Positions 62,077-64,000 of a stretch of DNA of 64,000 nt are shown one piece after another. The position numbers were made by a program, and so were the translations under genes. The stretch lies in contig SCUM01000001.1 of the NCBI GenBank assembly GCA_004297215.1, positions 545,181 through 609,180 of the forward strand, read 5' to 3'. Under the pieces are notes generated by a model that had not been told where the DNA came from, did not search any database, and saw only the letters and a list, made by a program, of their open reading frames with translations. Positions within the stretch are counted from its first letter, which is position 1, and each line of letters begins with the position of its first letter. The stretch is from Patescibacteria group bacterium. Lineage in GTDB: Bacteria > Patescibacteriota > Patescibacteriia > UBA9934 > GWF2-40-263.

Positions 62077-62865
62077 ATGCGCAAGCTGGCAAGTCTCGTA
62101 AGCGCCGCCGCCCTCCTCGGGAGCATGCTCCCCTTCGCGGCCTCCGCGGCCACGGTCCCCCTCTCCCAGGTGCAGTCCGGCGACCTCGTGCGCGGGCAAA
62201 GCTTCTCCGCGGTGTACTACTACGGCAAGGATGGCTTCCGCTACGTGTTCCCCAACGACAAGACCTACTTCACCTGGTACGCGAACTTCAACACCGTGAA
62301 GTTCATCACCGACGCCGACCTCGCCAAGATCCAGATCGGCGGCAACGTCACCTACAAGCCGGGCGTGAAGATGCTCAAGATCAATTCCGATCCCAAGACC
62401 TACGCGCTCTCGAAGGGCGGCATGCTGCGCTGGGTAAAGACCCCTGAAATCGCGGTCGGGCTCTACGGCGCGGACTGGAACAAGAAGATCGACGACGTGC
62501 CGGACGCGTTCTTCTCGAACTATAAGAAAGGGGCGGACCTCGAACAGGTCAGCGACTTCAATGCGGCGGCCGAGCAGAGCAACGTCGATGACATCAACGA
62601 CGACAAGGGCCTGCGCGCGCCCACGTTCATCGACATCGTGGACAACCAGTTCTCGGCCACGACCGTGACCATCCCGGCCAACACCGCCGTGAAGTTCACC
62701 AACAAGGGCGCAAACAAGCACACCGCCACGGCCACCGACCTCTCCTGGGGATCCGGCACGCTCGAAGCAGGCCAGAACTTCTCCCGCTACTTCAAGACCC
62801 CGGGCACCTACACGTACTTCTGCAGCTACCACCCGAGCATGACCGCGACGATCATCGTGCAATAA
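62077..62865 (+). CDS. Secreted protein with a C-terminal amicyanin/pseudoazurin-like cupredoxin domain
   Basis: Signal peptide MRKLASLVSAAALLGSMLPFAASAA. C-terminal ...KHTATATDL...YTYFCSYHPSMTATIIVQ matches type-1 copper ligands (His, Cys-x2-His-x2-Met), as in amicyanin YDYHCTPHPFM. The N-terminal ~170-aa domain is unassigned. Confidence 0.6.
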   Translation: MRKLASLVSAAALLGSMLPFAASAATVPLSQVQSGDLVRGQSFSAVYYYGKDGFRYVFPNDKTYFTWYANFNTVKFITDADLAKIQIGGNVTYKPGVKMLKINSDPKTYALSKGGMLRWVKTPEIAVGLYGADWNKKIDDVPDAFFSNYKKGADLEQVSDFNAAAEQSNVDDINDDKGLRAPTFIDIVDNQFSATTVTIPANTAVKFTNKGANKHTATATDLSWGSGTLEAGQNFSRYFKTPGTYTYFCSYHPSMTATIIVQ

Positions 62866-62922
62866 GGCCCGAGAAACGCCCCTACAACGGGGCGTTTCGA
62901 TTTGTGCTAAAATGACCGTGAT

Positions 62923-63822
62923 ATGCCTGACCTCACCATTGGCCCCAAGGCGCGGAAATCGCTGCACTTGCACGACCGCAAGCTGATGCAGCTTGAGGAG
63001 CGGGCGGTGAAGATCCGCAAGGACGTGATCGAGATGCTGGTCTCGGCGGGTTCCGGCCACAGCGCGGGGCCGCTTGGGATGGCGGACATCTTTACGGCGC
63101 TGTACTTCCACGTGATGAACCATGATCCCAAGAATCCCGAGTGGGAGGATCGCGATCGGCTGATCCTCTCCAACGGCCACATCTGCCCCATCCGCTACGC
63201 GGCCATGGCGCACGCCGGATACTTCCCCATCGCGGAGCTGAAGACGCTGCGCAAGCTCGGGACCCGATTGCAGGGCCACCCCGAGCGCTCCAAGCTCCCG
63301 GGCGTCGAGACCACCTCCGGCCCGCTGGGTTCCGGTTCCTCGCAGGCGGCGGGACTCGCCTACGCGGCGCTGCTCGACAAGAAGCCGTGGCGCACGTACT
63401 GCGTGATGAGCGACGGGGAGCTCGAGGCCGGACAGACCTGGGAGGCGATGCTGTTCGCGGGCCGCAACCGGCTCTACAACTGCACCTTCATCATCGACCG
63501 CAACAACATCCAGATCGACGGCACCACCGAGGAGATCATGCCGCTTGAGCCGCTGCTGCAGAAGTTCGAATCATTCAACCTGCACGCCATCCATTGCGCC
63601 GGCAACTCCATCCGCGACTTCGTGCTCGCGGTGGAACGCGCGCACGGGGTGAGCGAGAAGCCCACGGTGATCATCGCCGACACCATCCCGGGCTACGGCG
63701 TGGGCTACATGGAATATGACTTCCGCTGGCACGGCATCCCACCCAAGCCCGGCGAGGAGGCGGATAAGGCCCTGCACGACCTTCGCACGCTCGGCGGCCG
63801 TATCAAATCCGAACATCAATAA
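62923..63822 (+). CDS. Transketolase, N-terminal subunit (split tkt; thiamine-diphosphate-binding section)
   Basis: SAGSGHSAGPLGMADIF...GHPE...GPLGSGSSQAAGLA...DGELEAGQTWEA. 299 aa ending before a pyrimidine-binding section, consistent with two-subunit transketolases. Confidence 0.85.
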   Translation: MPDLTIGPKARKSLHLHDRKLMQLEERAVKIRKDVIEMLVSAGSGHSAGPLGMADIFTALYFHVMNHDPKNPEWEDRDRLILSNGHICPIRYAAMAHAGYFPIAELKTLRKLGTRLQGHPERSKLPGVETTSGPLGSGSSQAAGLAYAALLDKKPWRTYCVMSDGELEAGQTWEAMLFAGRNRLYNCTFIIDRNNIQIDGTTEEIMPLEPLLQKFESFNLHAIHCAGNSIRDFVLAVERAHGVSEKPTVIIADTIPGYGVGYMEYDFRWHGIPPKPGEEADKALHDLRTLGGRIKSEHQ

Positions 63823-64000
63823 TTATCTGTCTTTGCGAGCCCATCAGGGCGAAGCAACCTCCCGTGAGATTGCTTCGTCGGCTGAGGCCTCCTCGCAAAG
63901 ACAAGAAATTCTATGACCACCAAACCCGCCGCCGCCATCGTGATCGCCATCGGACTTCTCATCCTCATCGCCGCCGCGTCGGCCTTTCCTCCCGTCACGC

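Overview
This is a high-GC (roughly 65% by eye) bacterial chromosomal segment, densely packed with housekeeping genes. It encodes eight aminoacyl-tRNA synthetases (valS-tyrS-argS in one minus-strand string, aspS and asnS in tandem, trpS, ileS), rplS, uvrA, ruvA, RNase J, secG, pyrF, cca, rluA-family, archaeal-type cmk, rpiB, rpe and a split transketolase N-terminal subunit. There are three tRNAs (Val-GAC, Ile-UAU, Arg-CCG) and an RNase P RNA. The window also carries a cell-envelope glycan locus (WbaP-like phosphotransferase, three GT4 glycosyltransferases, a DUF4012-like protein, a DUF11-like repeat protein), a Wzy_C/O-antigen-ligase+TPR membrane protein upstream of a ~1150-aa glycine-rich repeat surface protein, and a DsbA-like (CPFS) gene overlapping a Cys-rich pilin-like gene. 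The gene content (many aaRS, archaeal-type AspRS and Cmk, four-helix-bundle protein, O-antigen-ligase+TPR, DUF4012) suggests a small-genome, possibly Patescibacteria/CPR-like lineage, but this is inference. The long ORFs antisense to real genes are high-GC artefacts. Non-coding content of note: (i) a ~136-bp AT-rich MITE-like element with ~34-bp terminal inverted repeats, in two copies; (ii) a four-helix-bundle-protein cassette flanked by inverted repeats, plus a cargo-less copy of those repeats elsewhere; (iii) a REP-like nested-hairpin family (three copies); (iv) GTAGG/CCTAC-rich palindromes and related in-frame heptamer tandem repeats inside several genes. I could not assign any locus to a known defence or secretion system. 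The most novel-looking candidates are the O-antigen-ligase-TPR + Gly-rich giant protein pair, the DsbA(CPFS) + Cys-rich pilin-like pair, the repeat/mobile cassettes, tRNA-Ile(UAU), and an unannotatable gene string between ileS and the M23 peptidase, which includes a plus-strand small ORF with its own SD and terminator.
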